Assembly: GCA_963737065.1 (NCBI GenBank)
Contig: CAVTRC010000001.1
Span: 32,001-96,000, forward strand
Source: Candidatus Eremiobacteria bacterium
GTDB lineage: Bacteria > Vulcanimicrobiota > Vulcanimicrobiia > Vulcanimicrobiales > Vulcanimicrobiaceae
Direction: 5' to 3'
DNA length: 64,000 nt
Shown here one piece after another: positions 1 through 9,521 of this stretch. Both the position numbers and the translations under genes were made by a program. Position 1 is the stretch's first letter. Each line of letters starts with the position of its first letter. Below the pieces are notes generated by a model. The model was not told the origin of the DNA, searched no databases, and saw only the letters and a program-made list of their open reading frames with translations.

Positions 1-252
1 TATTACGTGAGCGGCAACTTCATGAGCCGGCGCGGCGTCGAGGAAGGTTCGATCACCCTGCACGCAGCGGGCGCACCGCACGGCCCGCAACCCGGTGCCG
101 TTGAAGCGAGTCTCGGAAAAACCTCGACCGATGAAATTGCCGTCATGGTCGACACGTTCCAGCCGTTGCAACTCGCGCAAACCGCACTAGACGTGGAAGA
201 CGAGCAGTACTTCCGCTCATGGATCGAGCAACAACCCTCGTATTCACCGTAG
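1..252 (+). CDS. hmgA: homogentisate 1,2-dioxygenase, C-terminal part (5' truncated by window)
   Basis: GNFMSRRGVEEGSITLH..G.PHGPQPG...EIAVMVDTFQPL; near fahA and hppD. Confidence 0.85.
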   Translation, partial: YYVSGNFMSRRGVEEGSITLHAAGAPHGPQPGAVEASLGKTSTDEIAVMVDTFQPLQLAQTALDVEDEQYFRSWIEQQPSYSP

Positions 253-929
253 CCGCCGTCGGCATTCTGCACACGATCGTTCCGGATCATTGGGGACCGA
301 TTGTTGTTGTTGCCCGCCAGCGCGGCTGGACGGTTGCGCAAACGGCGCGTGCTGCGGCAACTGCCGGCATGGGCCACGTCACAACAACGCTGCTTCTCGG
401 TTTGATCGTCTGGTACGCAGGTTCGCTCGCCGCCGCTCAGTACGCGCGTGATGTTACGCTAATCTCCGCGATCGCGCTCGTCGCATTCGGGGTTTGGATC
501 GCATATGGCGGCTGGCGGGAAGCCCAGGCGGAGGGACATGCACATCTGCACCGCCATGCCGACGGGACGGAGCACGTTCATTGGCACGAGCATCGCCAAC
601 ACGGCGCACACGATGCGGGCGACATCATAGTTTTGCACGAACACAGTCATACCGTAGCGGGGCGCACGGCGCTGCTCTTGATTCTCGGCTCATCTCCGAT
701 GGTTGAGGGAATTCCGGCGTTTCTTGCAGCGTCGACGTATCGTCCGCACTTGCTGCTCATGATGGCGATGGTCTTCGGCGCGGCGACGATCGTGACGTAT
801 GTTACGCTATCGATTGCCGGTCTGCGCGGCGTTCAGCGACATCGGCTCGGTGTGCTGGAGAAATACGGCGAAATGCTAAGCGGAATCGTCGTGGCGCTCG
901 TCGGCGTCTATCAGTTGGCCGGCGGCTGA
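219..929 (+). CDS. His-rich Ni/Co transporter-like membrane protein (RcnA/HoxN-like)
   Basis: LHTIVPDHW motif, several TM helices, His-rich loop HAHLHRH..HVHWHEH. Confidence 0.75.
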   Translation: MDRATTLVFTVAAVGILHTIVPDHWGPIVVVARQRGWTVAQTARAAATAGMGHVTTTLLLGLIVWYAGSLAAAQYARDVTLISAIALVAFGVWIAYGGWREAQAEGHAHLHRHADGTEHVHWHEHRQHGAHDAGDIIVLHEHSHTVAGRTALLLILGSSPMVEGIPAFLAASTYRPHLLLMMAMVFGAATIVTYVTLSIAGLRGVQRHRLGVLEKYGEMLSGIVVALVGVYQLAGG

Positions 930-1399
930 TCCGGGTTGAGCGTGCGTACGAGATAGCGCACGCTCTTGCCGCGGTCTTCCAAATACGCGCGTCCTATTTC
1001 GACAAACCCCATCGATTCGTGAAACGCATCCGAGGCTGGGTTTGGCGGATCATAGTAGATCTCGGCGCATACGACCGGATATTCGTCGGCGCGAGCCTGT
1101 TTCAGCAACCGTTCGTAGAGCGCGCGCGCGATCCCGCGTCCACGTGACGATCGCGCGACGACGACGCGATCGACGTAAATGAAGCGCTCGTAGCGCCGCG
1201 CGAACCACGTGAAGTTCGGGCTGCAGTAGACCGAGCGTTCGTTGAGCGCGATCAGCATCGCATCGCGTTCGGGCGTTAACCACGCGCAATACGCGGTCGC
1301 GATCAATGCGCGCACGCCCGCATCATCGAGCGGCGAGAGCAATGCTTCCGACTCTCGATTGAGCGCAAGGAACGCCTCGACGTCCGGCATCGCCGTCAT
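911..1399 (-). CDS. GNAT family N-acetyltransferase
   Basis: YVDRVVV..SRGRGIARALY and N.ASDAFH..MGF; start overlaps upstream stop (ATGA). Confidence 0.85.
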   Translation of the reverse strand: MTAMPDVEAFLALNRESEALLSPLDDAGVRALIATAYCAWLTPERDAMLIALNERSVYCSPNFTWFARRYERFIYVDRVVVARSSRGRGIARALYERLLKQARADEYPVVCAEIYYDPPNPASDAFHESMGFVEIGRAYLEDRGKSVRYLVRTLNPDQPPAN

Positions 1400-2289
1400 G
1401 ATGACAACCGGCTCAAACGCACGGGCTTCCATTTCCACGGATCGCCCGACGTGCCGAGGATCTCGAGCGCTTCGGACATTGAGACGGAGGGAAACCGCTT
1501 CGCACGGCTGCGCGACCAGCGCTCGACGTCGCGCCAACTCACCGGCATCGATACGGGAGCACCGTCGCACGCGCGCACGGACAACGGCGGAACGATCGTC
1601 ATGCCGCGACCCACTTGTCTCGCATCGATATAGATCGTTCCCCTGGGGCGTTGCGCCACAACGCGCTCGAGCGTGAAGTACCGCGGGTCGCGTTGCGAAG
1701 CGGCGTTAGCGACCGTTTCGACAAACACGTGAACGCCCGCGTAATCGAGCTCGGGGACCAGCGGCACGATCACGTGCAACCCGCCTCGACCGGAAAGCTT
1801 TACGAGCGCGTTCGATATGCCGGCGTCATGCAGCGTCTCGCGAAGCCGCAGCGCTGCAGCGGCAACGATTTTCGGTGCAACCTCACCGACCGGGTCGAGA
1901 TCGAAGAGTGCAAAATCCGGCCGCTCGATGTGACGACGCGTCGACATCCACACGTGCAGCGTCACCATGCGCAGCTTCACGAGGTAGACGAGCGTCGCCG
2001 GTGAATCCGCGATCGCGTACGTGACGTCGCGTTCTCGGCCCGCGATGCGTGTGCGTTTCACCCAGCGCGGCGTGCCGCGCGGCGGGTCTTGCTCGAACGT
2101 ATTCGGACTGGAAATCGTCGTAAAGAACGTTTCGTAGACGATCGGCCGGTCGCGGAGATACGGCTCGAGCCAAGGCCAGACCGCCACATAGTAACGCACG
2201 ACGTCCCGTACGCGCAGATCGTCGCGCGCAAACACCAGACGTTCGTCGTCTTCGATGTCGATCGCGTGGCCGCAGATCTCATAGCGCAT
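1396..2289 (-). CDS. stand-alone LigD polymerase (NHEJ primase-polymerase) domain protein
   Basis: RPDFALFDLDP, KLSGRGGLHV, IYID..Q...G.T...P.SVRA..GAPVSMP. Confidence 0.85.
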   Translation of the reverse strand: MRYEICGHAIDIEDDERLVFARDDLRVRDVVRYYVAVWPWLEPYLRDRPIVYETFFTTISSPNTFEQDPPRGTPRWVKRTRIAGRERDVTYAIADSPATLVYLVKLRMVTLHVWMSTRRHIERPDFALFDLDPVGEVAPKIVAAAALRLRETLHDAGISNALVKLSGRGGLHVIVPLVPELDYAGVHVFVETVANAASQRDPRYFTLERVVAQRPRGTIYIDARQVGRGMTIVPPLSVRACDGAPVSMPVSWRDVERWSRSRAKRFPSVSMSEALEILGTSGDPWKWKPVRLSRLSS

Positions 2290-3558
2290 CAGCGCGCAGG
2301 TAGAATCGTTCCGCGCGCTTCGCCGAAGCCGACGCGAAAGTCACCCGCGCCGCACCAGCCGCGCAACGTCACTTCATCGCCGTCTTCGAGAAACGCGCGC
2401 GTTTCATCGCCGACGCGCAACGGCCGCGTGCCGTTCCACGTCATCTCGATCAAACTGCCGCAGGCGTCGGATCCGCTGCCGCTGATCGTTCCGGACGCGT
2501 AGAGATCGCCCGGACGAATTGCGGTACCATTGACCGTCACATGCGCGAGCTGTTGCGCCATGTTCCAATACATCTCTTTGAAGTTCGCTCGCGAGATGGT
2601 TTGCGGCGTCGAATCCTTGCGCGCGCATGCGCTGCGTGCGAAGCTCGACCGCGAGCGAAATGTCGTACGCGCAACGATCTTCCGATCGAAGATATGGCAG
2701 CGGGCTCGGTTCCTGTTCGGGACCTGCGGTGCGAAACGGCTCTAGCGCTTCGAGGGTGACGATCCACGGCGAGATCGTCGTGGCGAACGACTTTCCGAGG
2801 AACGGTCCAAGCGGCTGATATTCCCACGCTTGAATGTCGCGCGCGCTCCAATCGTTCACGAGCACGAGGCCGAAGATATGATCGCGTGCGTTCTCGATCG
2901 GGATCGGCCGTCCGAGCTCGTTTCCGGGTCCGGTAACGAATCCGACCTCCAATTCGATGTCGAGTTTCGTGCTGGGTCCGAAGACCGGCGCGTCTGCACC
3001 CGACGGCTTGCGCTGACCCGATGGGCGCACGATCGGCGTTCCGCCGACCACGATCGTGCTCGAACGTCCGTGGTAGGCGATCGGCAAATGGCGCCAGTTG
3101 GGCATCAACGCCTCGCCGTCCGGGCGAAAAATTCTTCCGAGATTCGTCGCATGTTCGAGCGACGAATAAAAATCGACGTAATCTCCGACGGTTATCGGCA
3201 ACGCCATCTTCGCGTTTGCCTGATCGACGAACACGCGCGACGAATTGAGTTCGCGCAACCGCGCGTCTGCGGCTCGGTCGTTGCGCAGAAGCGCCGCGAT
3301 ACGCAAGCGAAGTGCTTTCCACGTCCGACGTCCGAGCGCGAGCAACGGGTTCAGCCGTTCGGCTTGCAACACTCGCCCATCGCAAATGTCGTCGAGCAAC
3401 CCCGTTTCGGCAAGGGCATGGAGGTCGAGAATCTTTGTGCCGATCGCGACACCGAGGCGCGTCGGGCCGTCGCCGGCGCGAAACGCTCCGTACGGCAAGT
3501 TGTACATGGTGAAGTCGCAGCCGGCCGGAATGTCCAGCCACGATTGAACGTGTGCCAC
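2289..3558 (-). CDS. fahA: fumarylacetoacetase, split by a frameshift near 2590-2620
   Basis: NLPYG, DYVDFYSS..HATN, NDWSARDIQ.WEYQPLGPF in one frame; YWN.AQQLAH..VNG...GTISG in another. Confidence 0.9.
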
Positions 3559-3565
3559 GGGTCGG

Positions 3566-4468
3566 CTACACCCGCGGAAGAATCGAACGTTCGATCAAAT
3601 CGTCGACCGGCTCGCTGAAACTGCAACTGCCGTACGAAACGAACGCCGTCCGCGCGCGCGCGACCGCATCCGCGTCGAGTGCATCGAAATCGCGGGCATC
3701 TTCGCGTGAGAGGATCTCGACGAGCGTTGCCTCCGGCGCATTGCGATGCGCGGCGGCCGCGAGCACATTGAGAAAACCGTGCATCGCGAATCCCGTCGCG
3801 GCGTTGAAATGCCGCAGCGGATGATGAAGGCCGGCCGTAGCTTTGAACGGCACACCCGCATCGCCCGAGGCGGCAAGAAACGCCGCGAGGTCCTCGGGCG
3901 ATGGAACCGCCGACGCAACAACGCCGCCGCAGCGTAGCTTCGCACCGACGCCATAGCGCGCGAACGCGGCCATCGTCGGTACGAGCAGTTCGCTCAACCG
4001 CGCGTCGCGCGGCATCTCGACATACGTTACGAGCTCGCGCAATCCGTGGCGCTCGGCCAGCATGGCGAATTGACCGATGGCGGCTTCATGTGTTTCGCGT
4101 TGCGAGAGCAACGGCGGCAACGGCAGCTCGAGCGCTTCGATCGCGATACGCGGTTCGTGCTCGCGATAGCGCCGCAACGCGTCGAGCAGCCGCGCCGCGT
4201 TGCCGAACCACGCGCGCGGGTCCGTGCCGGCGTCAACGATCACCGAGACGGGAATTCGCGCTGCGCTCTCAGATAGCAACTCGTCGATCCGCGTCGCCGG
4301 AACGATGAAACGGCCCAGCATCCATGCGTACGGACCGGAGCGGCTCGCCTCGTACTCGGCAATCGCCGCGCGCATTTCCAGTCCGGCGGGCGGAAAAAGT
4401 CCCGCGTAGTCGATGAGGCGCTCGAACGCGGCGCGGGCTTTCGGCTGGAGCGGCGTAGACGTGCTCAT
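3566..4468 (-). CDS. conserved hypothetical protein upstream of fahA
   Basis: LIDYAGLFPPA, AKLRCGG, FKATAGLHHP, SYGSCSF.EP motifs; 7-bp gap to fahA. Confidence 0.75.
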   Translation of the reverse strand: MSTSTPLQPKARAAFERLIDYAGLFPPAGLEMRAAIAEYEASRSGPYAWMLGRFIVPATRIDELLSESAARIPVSVIVDAGTDPRAWFGNAARLLDALRRYREHEPRIAIEALELPLPPLLSQRETHEAAIGQFAMLAERHGLRELVTYVEMPRDARLSELLVPTMAAFARYGVGAKLRCGGVVASAVPSPEDLAAFLAASGDAGVPFKATAGLHHPLRHFNAATGFAMHGFLNVLAAAAHRNAPEATLVEILSREDARDFDALDADAVARARTAFVSYGSCSFSEPVDDLIERSILPRV

Positions 4469-4519
4469 GAACCGCTCTTTCGACAGGGCCCCTCTCCACG
4501 CTTCGCTAAAGCGAACGGT

Positions 4520-5635
4520 ATGAGCACGATGACGGAAGCGCGTAGCAATCCGCTGGCGCGTATCGATTGGGATTACATTGAATTTTACGTGGGCAACGCA
4601 AAGCAGGCAGCCCACTACTACATGTCGGCCTTCGGTTTCGACCAGATCGCGTATGCGGGGCCGGAAACGGGCGTCAAGAATCGCTGCAGTTACGTTCTCG
4701 AGCAGAACAAAATCCGTTTCGTGCTGACCGCGAGCCTCGTGCCCGATGACGACATCTCAAAACACGTGATGCTGCACGGCGACGGTGTGAAAGACATCGC
4801 GATTCTGGTCGATGACGCGCGCGCGGCGTTCGATAAAGCGATCGCGGGCGGCGCGCGATCCGTCGCCGCGCCCGCCGAGTCGAGCGACGAGCACGGCGGC
4901 ATCATCACGGCCACCATTGCGACCTACGGCGACACCGTCCACACGTTCGTACAGCGCGATCGTTATCGCGGGATCTTCATGCCCGGCTTCGTGGAAGAGC
5001 GGCGTTCGATTCCGGGCAGCAACAAGCCGGAATTGCAATTCATCGATCACTGCGTCGGCAACGTCGGCTGGGGCGAGATGGATGCGTGGGGCGATTTCTA
5101 CGCAAAGGTCTTCGGCTTCTCGCAACTCGTCTCGTTCGACGACAACGATATCTCGACCGAATACACCGCGCTCAAATCAAAAGTGATGACCGACCCGCGT
5201 CATCAAGTGAAGTTCCCCATCAACGAGCCGGCCGAAGGCAAAAAGAAATCGCAGATCGAGGAGTATCTGGATTTCTATCACGGTGCGGGCGTCCAGCACA
5301 TCGCGATCCGTACCGACGACATCGTCGCAACGATCGATGCGCTCAAATACAACGGCGTCGAGTTTCTCGACACGCCGGACACGTACTACGACATGCTCGA
5401 GGAGCGCGTCGGAAAGATCGATGAAGCGCTCGACGTGCTGCGTCATCGACGGATCCTCGTCGACCGCGACGATCTCGGCTACATGCTGCAGATTTTCACC
5501 AAGCCGCTCCAGGACCGCCCGACCGTTTTCTTCGAGATCATCCAACGCAAAGGCAGCCTTTCGTTCGGCAAAGGGAACTTCAAGGCGCTTTTCGTTTCGA
5601 TCGAAAAAGAACAGGAACGGCGCGGAACGCTTTAG
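4520..5635 (+). CDS. hppD: 4-hydroxyphenylpyruvate dioxygenase
   Basis: IDHCVGNV, SQIEEYL, GVQHIA, LQIFTKP, FFEIIQR, FGKGNFKALF. Confidence 0.97.
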   Translation: MSTMTEARSNPLARIDWDYIEFYVGNAKQAAHYYMSAFGFDQIAYAGPETGVKNRCSYVLEQNKIRFVLTASLVPDDDISKHVMLHGDGVKDIAILVDDARAAFDKAIAGGARSVAAPAESSDEHGGIITATIATYGDTVHTFVQRDRYRGIFMPGFVEERRSIPGSNKPELQFIDHCVGNVGWGEMDAWGDFYAKVFGFSQLVSFDDNDISTEYTALKSKVMTDPRHQVKFPINEPAEGKKKSQIEEYLDFYHGAGVQHIAIRTDDIVATIDALKYNGVEFLDTPDTYYDMLEERVGKIDEALDVLRHRRILVDRDDLGYMLQIFTKPLQDRPTVFFEIIQRKGSLSFGKGNFKALFVSIEKEQERRGTL

Positions 5636-5773
5636 TCCACGCCGTCGCTCGCCGTTCGTTCATCGCCGGCCGGTTGGCGCATGCCCCGGGCGGTCGATGT
5701 CTGCGTCGTCATACTCATCGCGTCGTACGATGGGCCGGGAAGTCGGCTGACTTCACCGAATTCAGCGGGCCGT

Positions 5774-6685
5774 ATGGGTTTGCTCGCACCGTCCGTGTCA
5801 GTCGACGCCGTTATGCTCGAGGCGCGGGCCGGTGCGCTCGGAAAGCGCTCCATCAAAACGTCGGCGAAGCTCGAAGGAATCACGCTTGCGATTCGCTGCA
5901 CCGATTTCACGACGCTCGAAGGTAAAGATTCGGAAGGGCGCGTGCGTTCGTTGTGCGCGAAAGCGGTGCGTCCGCGTCCCGGTTGGCCAAACGTGCCGAG
6001 CGTCGCGGCGGTGTGCGTGTATCCCAACCTCGTCGCGGTTGCAAAAAACGCGCTACGCGGCACGAACGTCGCCGTCGCGTCGGTAGCGACCGCGTTTCCA
6101 AGCGGACTGTCGAATGTCGAAGTGAAGCTCGCCGATACGGCGGCCGCAATCGCCGCGGGTGCGGACGAGATCGACATGGTCATCGATCGCGGCGCGTTCC
6201 TCGCGGGCCGCGAGCGAGCCGTCTACGACGAGATCGTCGGCGTCAAACAATTGTGTGGTTCGACCGGCTCAGCACGGCCCGTTCGTCTGAAAGTAATTCT
6301 AGAAACCGGCGAACTCGGAACCTACGACAATATCCGCCGCGCAAGCGACCTCGCTTTGGAAGCAGGCGCAGATTTCATCAAGACATCGACGGGCAAAGTA
6401 GGCACGAACGCAACGCCGCCGACGGCACTTGTGATGTGCGAAGCACTGCGTGATTTTGCGCGCCGGACGGGGGAGCGGCGCGGTCTCAAGGTTGCGGGCG
6501 GCGTTCGAACGACGAAACAGGCGCTCGCGTATCTCGTGATCGTCAAAGAAACGCTCGGCGACGGTTGGCTCGATCCCAAGTACTTCCGCATCGGCGCAAG
6601 TTCGCTGCTCGACGATCTGCTGATGCAATTGGAAAAGGAACAGACCGGGCACTACGCGGGAAGCGATTACATCCCAAAGGATTGA
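5774..6685 (+). CDS. deoC: deoxyribose-phosphate aldolase (start uncertain)
   Basis: AAVCVYP, GADEIDMVI, LKVILETGEL, GADFIKTSTGK, KVAGGVR, RIGASSL. Confidence 0.93.
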   Translation: MGLLAPSVSVDAVMLEARAGALGKRSIKTSAKLEGITLAIRCTDFTTLEGKDSEGRVRSLCAKAVRPRPGWPNVPSVAAVCVYPNLVAVAKNALRGTNVAVASVATAFPSGLSNVEVKLADTAAAIAAGADEIDMVIDRGAFLAGRERAVYDEIVGVKQLCGSTGSARPVRLKVILETGELGTYDNIRRASDLALEAGADFIKTSTGKVGTNATPPTALVMCEALRDFARRTGERRGLKVAGGVRTTKQALAYLVIVKETLGDGWLDPKYFRIGASSLLDDLLMQLEKEQTGHYAGSDYIPKD

Positions 6686-6710
6686 TACCGAGTCTGCAGC
6701 ACGAGGAACG

Positions 6711-8147
6711 ATGGCGGTATTTGAGTATGCTCCTGCCCCCGAGAGCGTGCGCCCGGCGATTCGCGAGCGCTACGGACTCTTTATCGACGGCAAATGGGTT
6801 TCGCCGGCAGCCGAAGGCCACTTCGATACGATCAACCCCGCGAATGAGGCGCGCCTAGCGGAAATCGCGTATGCGACACCGACCGACGTCGATCGCGCCG
6901 TTCGCGCAGCACGCAAAAGCTACGAGAAGTATTGGCGTCGTCTCAAACCGGTCGACCGCGCGAAGTATGTCTATCGGATCGCGCGTGCAATCACGGAGCG
7001 CGCGCGCGAACTCGCGGTGCTCGAAACGCTCGACGGCGGCAAACCGGTCAAAGAATCGCGCGATTTCGACGTCCCGATGGCGGCCGCACACTTCTTCTAT
7101 TATGCCGGCTGGGCCGACAAACTCGAGTACGCGTTGCGCGCCGGACGCGAGCCGGCGCCGATCGGCGTCTGCGGCCAAATCGTGCCGTGGAACTTTCCGC
7201 TCCTCATGGCCGCCTGGAAAATCGCGCCCGCCTTAGCGTGTGGCAATACGGTAGTGCTCAAACCGGCAGAAACGACACCGCTTACCGCGCTCGCGCTTGC
7301 GCAGATCATCGAAGAGTGCGATCTTCCGCCCGGCGTGGTGAACGTCGTGACCGGCGACGGCACGACCGGCGCGGCGCTCGTCGCTCATGAAGACGTCGAC
7401 AAGATCGCGTTCACCGGATCGACCGAGGTCGGTAAATCAATTGCGCGCCGGCTCGCGGCGACGGAGAAACGGTTGACGCTGGAACTTGGCGGCAAAGCGG
7501 CACACATTATCTTCGCCGATGCGCCGATGGATCAGGCGATCGAAGGCGTCGTCAACGGGATTTACTTCAATCAGGGTCACGTGTGTTGTGCCGGCTCGCG
7601 TTTACTCGTAGAGGAGCGCGCGCACGATGAAGTCGTCGTTCGTCTCACCGAGCGGCTTCAAACACTGCGCCTCGGCGATCCGCTCGACAAAAATACGGAT
7701 ATCGGAGCGATCAATTCGCGCGCGCAACTCGAAAAAATCGAGGAGCTGGTAAAGAGCGGGGTCGAGCAAGGAGCGACGCTCGTACAGCAGCGCGGCGACT
7801 TGCCCGCGCGGGGCTTCTTCTTCCCCGCGTCGTTTTTTACGAACGTTCACCCGTCGCACCGCATTGCGAGGGAAGAGATCTTCGGCCCGGTGCTGTCCAT
7901 TCTCACATTCCGGACTCCCGACGAAGCGGTCGATAAAGCAAATAATACGCCATACGGACTTTCGGCCGGTATTTGGACGGACAAGGGAAGTAAGAATATG
8001 TGGATCGCGCAGCAGTTGCGCGCCGGTGTCGTGTGGTGCAACACGTTCAACCAATTCGACCCGAGTTCGCCGTTCGGCGGGTATCGGGAATCCGGTTTCG
8101 GTCGAGAGGGCGGTCTCCACGGGCTCTACGAGTATCTTGCGCACTAA
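6711..8147 (+). CDS. aldehyde dehydrogenase (deoC-linked)
   Basis: PWNFP, FTGSTEVG, LELGGK, NQGHVCCAGSR, EEIFGPV. Confidence 0.95.
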   Translation: MAVFEYAPAPESVRPAIRERYGLFIDGKWVSPAAEGHFDTINPANEARLAEIAYATPTDVDRAVRAARKSYEKYWRRLKPVDRAKYVYRIARAITERARELAVLETLDGGKPVKESRDFDVPMAAAHFFYYAGWADKLEYALRAGREPAPIGVCGQIVPWNFPLLMAAWKIAPALACGNTVVLKPAETTPLTALALAQIIEECDLPPGVVNVVTGDGTTGAALVAHEDVDKIAFTGSTEVGKSIARRLAATEKRLTLELGGKAAHIIFADAPMDQAIEGVVNGIYFNQGHVCCAGSRLLVEERAHDEVVVRLTERLQTLRLGDPLDKNTDIGAINSRAQLEKIEELVKSGVEQGATLVQQRGDLPARGFFFPASFFTNVHPSHRIAREEIFGPVLSILTFRTPDEAVDKANNTPYGLSAGIWTDKGSKNMWIAQQLRAGVVWCNTFNQFDPSSPFGGYRESGFGREGGLHGLYEYLAH

Positions 8148-8218
8148 AGGACTCTGGCGCGCTCGCCGTTGGACGTCCCGACGGGAGGCGACCGCAGCTT
8201 CAGGGTAGGAGGTACCGC

Positions 8219-9481
8219 ATGACGACCGCGACCGTTGAAGTCGACCGCGCGCACCTATTGGACTGGTACCGGCGCAACCGCGAACGTTCCGCGAATTTGT
8301 TCGCCTTGATCGACGAGTCGGCGATGCACGAGCGGCCGATTCCCCTGCGTCATCCCTTCGTATTTTACGAAGGGCATTTACCGGTCTTCAGTTATCTGAC
8401 GCTCAACGAACGCGCACTCGGCGAGCCCGCGATCGATACGGCGCTCGAAAAATTATTCGAGCGCGGCATCGATCCCGCATCGCTCGACGCAGCGAGCGCG
8501 CATGGCCGCAGCGATTGGCCGGCGCGGGAACGCATCGAAGAATTGGGACGCATCATCGACGAGCGCGTGCAACGCGCACTCGCGTCGGCGAACCTGAGTA
8601 ACGATGCCGTTCCGCGTCTGGTCCGCGCGCAAGCCGCGTATACGATCCTCGAGCACGAGCAGATGCATCATGAAACGCTGCTCTATATCATCCATCAACT
8701 CGATCCGGCTAAGAAGGGGCGCATCGCGCAGGTTCATGTCGATCATGGACCGGTAGAAAACGAGATGCGCGACGTCGGAGCCGGAATTGCAACGCTCGGC
8801 GCCGATCCCGACGAGATTCCGTTCGGATGGGACAACGAGTTCGGGCGGACGGAAGTCGACGTGCCCGCGTTCGCGATACAACGGTATCCCGTCACGAACG
8901 CCGATTGGTTAGCCTTCGTTCGGGACGGCGGGCCGCAGCCGGCGTTTTGGGTCGCGCGCGACGGCGAGCTGTTTTTACGCGGCGTCTTCGAAGAATTGCC
9001 GCTACCGCTGTCGTGGCCCGTGTGGGTGACGAACCAACAGGCGCGCGCATACGCGCAATGGGCCGGAAAACGTCTTCCTACCGAAGCGGAGTATCATCGC
9101 GCCGCATTCGGCGCGCCGGGCGGAATTGAACGCCCGTATCCATGGGGAAAAGACGCGCCGCATCCGATGTACGGCAACTTTGACTTCGAGCGTTTCGACG
9201 CCGAACCCGTCGATGCACACCCCGCCGGCGCGAGCGCCTGGGAGATCGAAGATCTGATCGGCAACGGCTGGGAGTGGACGGCGACGGCGTTTGCGCCGTT
9301 TCCCGGCTTCGAGGCGATGGCATCCTACCCGCAATATTCCGTCGATTTCTTTGACGCGCGGCACTTCGTGATGAAAGGTGCGTCGCCCGTGACTGCACGC
9401 GAGCTGATCCGCCGTTCGTTCCGCAACTGGTTCTATGACGATTACCCGTTCGTGTACGCCAAGTTCCGCCTCGTAGAGTAG
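8219..9481 (+). CDS. non-heme iron sulfoxide synthase (EgtB/OvoA/Egt1 family; DinB plus FGE-sulfatase domains)
   Basis: RHPFVFYEGH, FERGIDP, HEQMHHETL, RLPTEAEY, GNGWEWT, RRSFRNWF; AGGAGG RBS. Confidence 0.85.
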   Translation: MTTATVEVDRAHLLDWYRRNRERSANLFALIDESAMHERPIPLRHPFVFYEGHLPVFSYLTLNERALGEPAIDTALEKLFERGIDPASLDAASAHGRSDWPARERIEELGRIIDERVQRALASANLSNDAVPRLVRAQAAYTILEHEQMHHETLLYIIHQLDPAKKGRIAQVHVDHGPVENEMRDVGAGIATLGADPDEIPFGWDNEFGRTEVDVPAFAIQRYPVTNADWLAFVRDGGPQPAFWVARDGELFLRGVFEELPLPLSWPVWVTNQQARAYAQWAGKRLPTEAEYHRAAFGAPGGIERPYPWGKDAPHPMYGNFDFERFDAEPVDAHPAGASAWEIEDLIGNGWEWTATAFAPFPGFEAMASYPQYSVDFFDARHFVMKGASPVTARELIRRSFRNWFYDDYPFVYAKFRLVE

Positions 9482-9521
9482 CACAGGGGGCCGGGCGCTT
9501 CCCGTTCCGAAGCGACGGTTG

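Noticed and set aside
2590..2620. Programmed frameshift or pseudogene in fahA
   Set aside because: No slippery site; similar isolated 1-nt indels near 32141 and 50770 point to sequencing error
8150..8212. Nested hairpin upstream of the sulfoxide synthase RBS as a riboswitch
   Set aside because: Only one ACG-like loop and no match to guanidine-II or SAM classes that I can verify; stems are expected at this GC content
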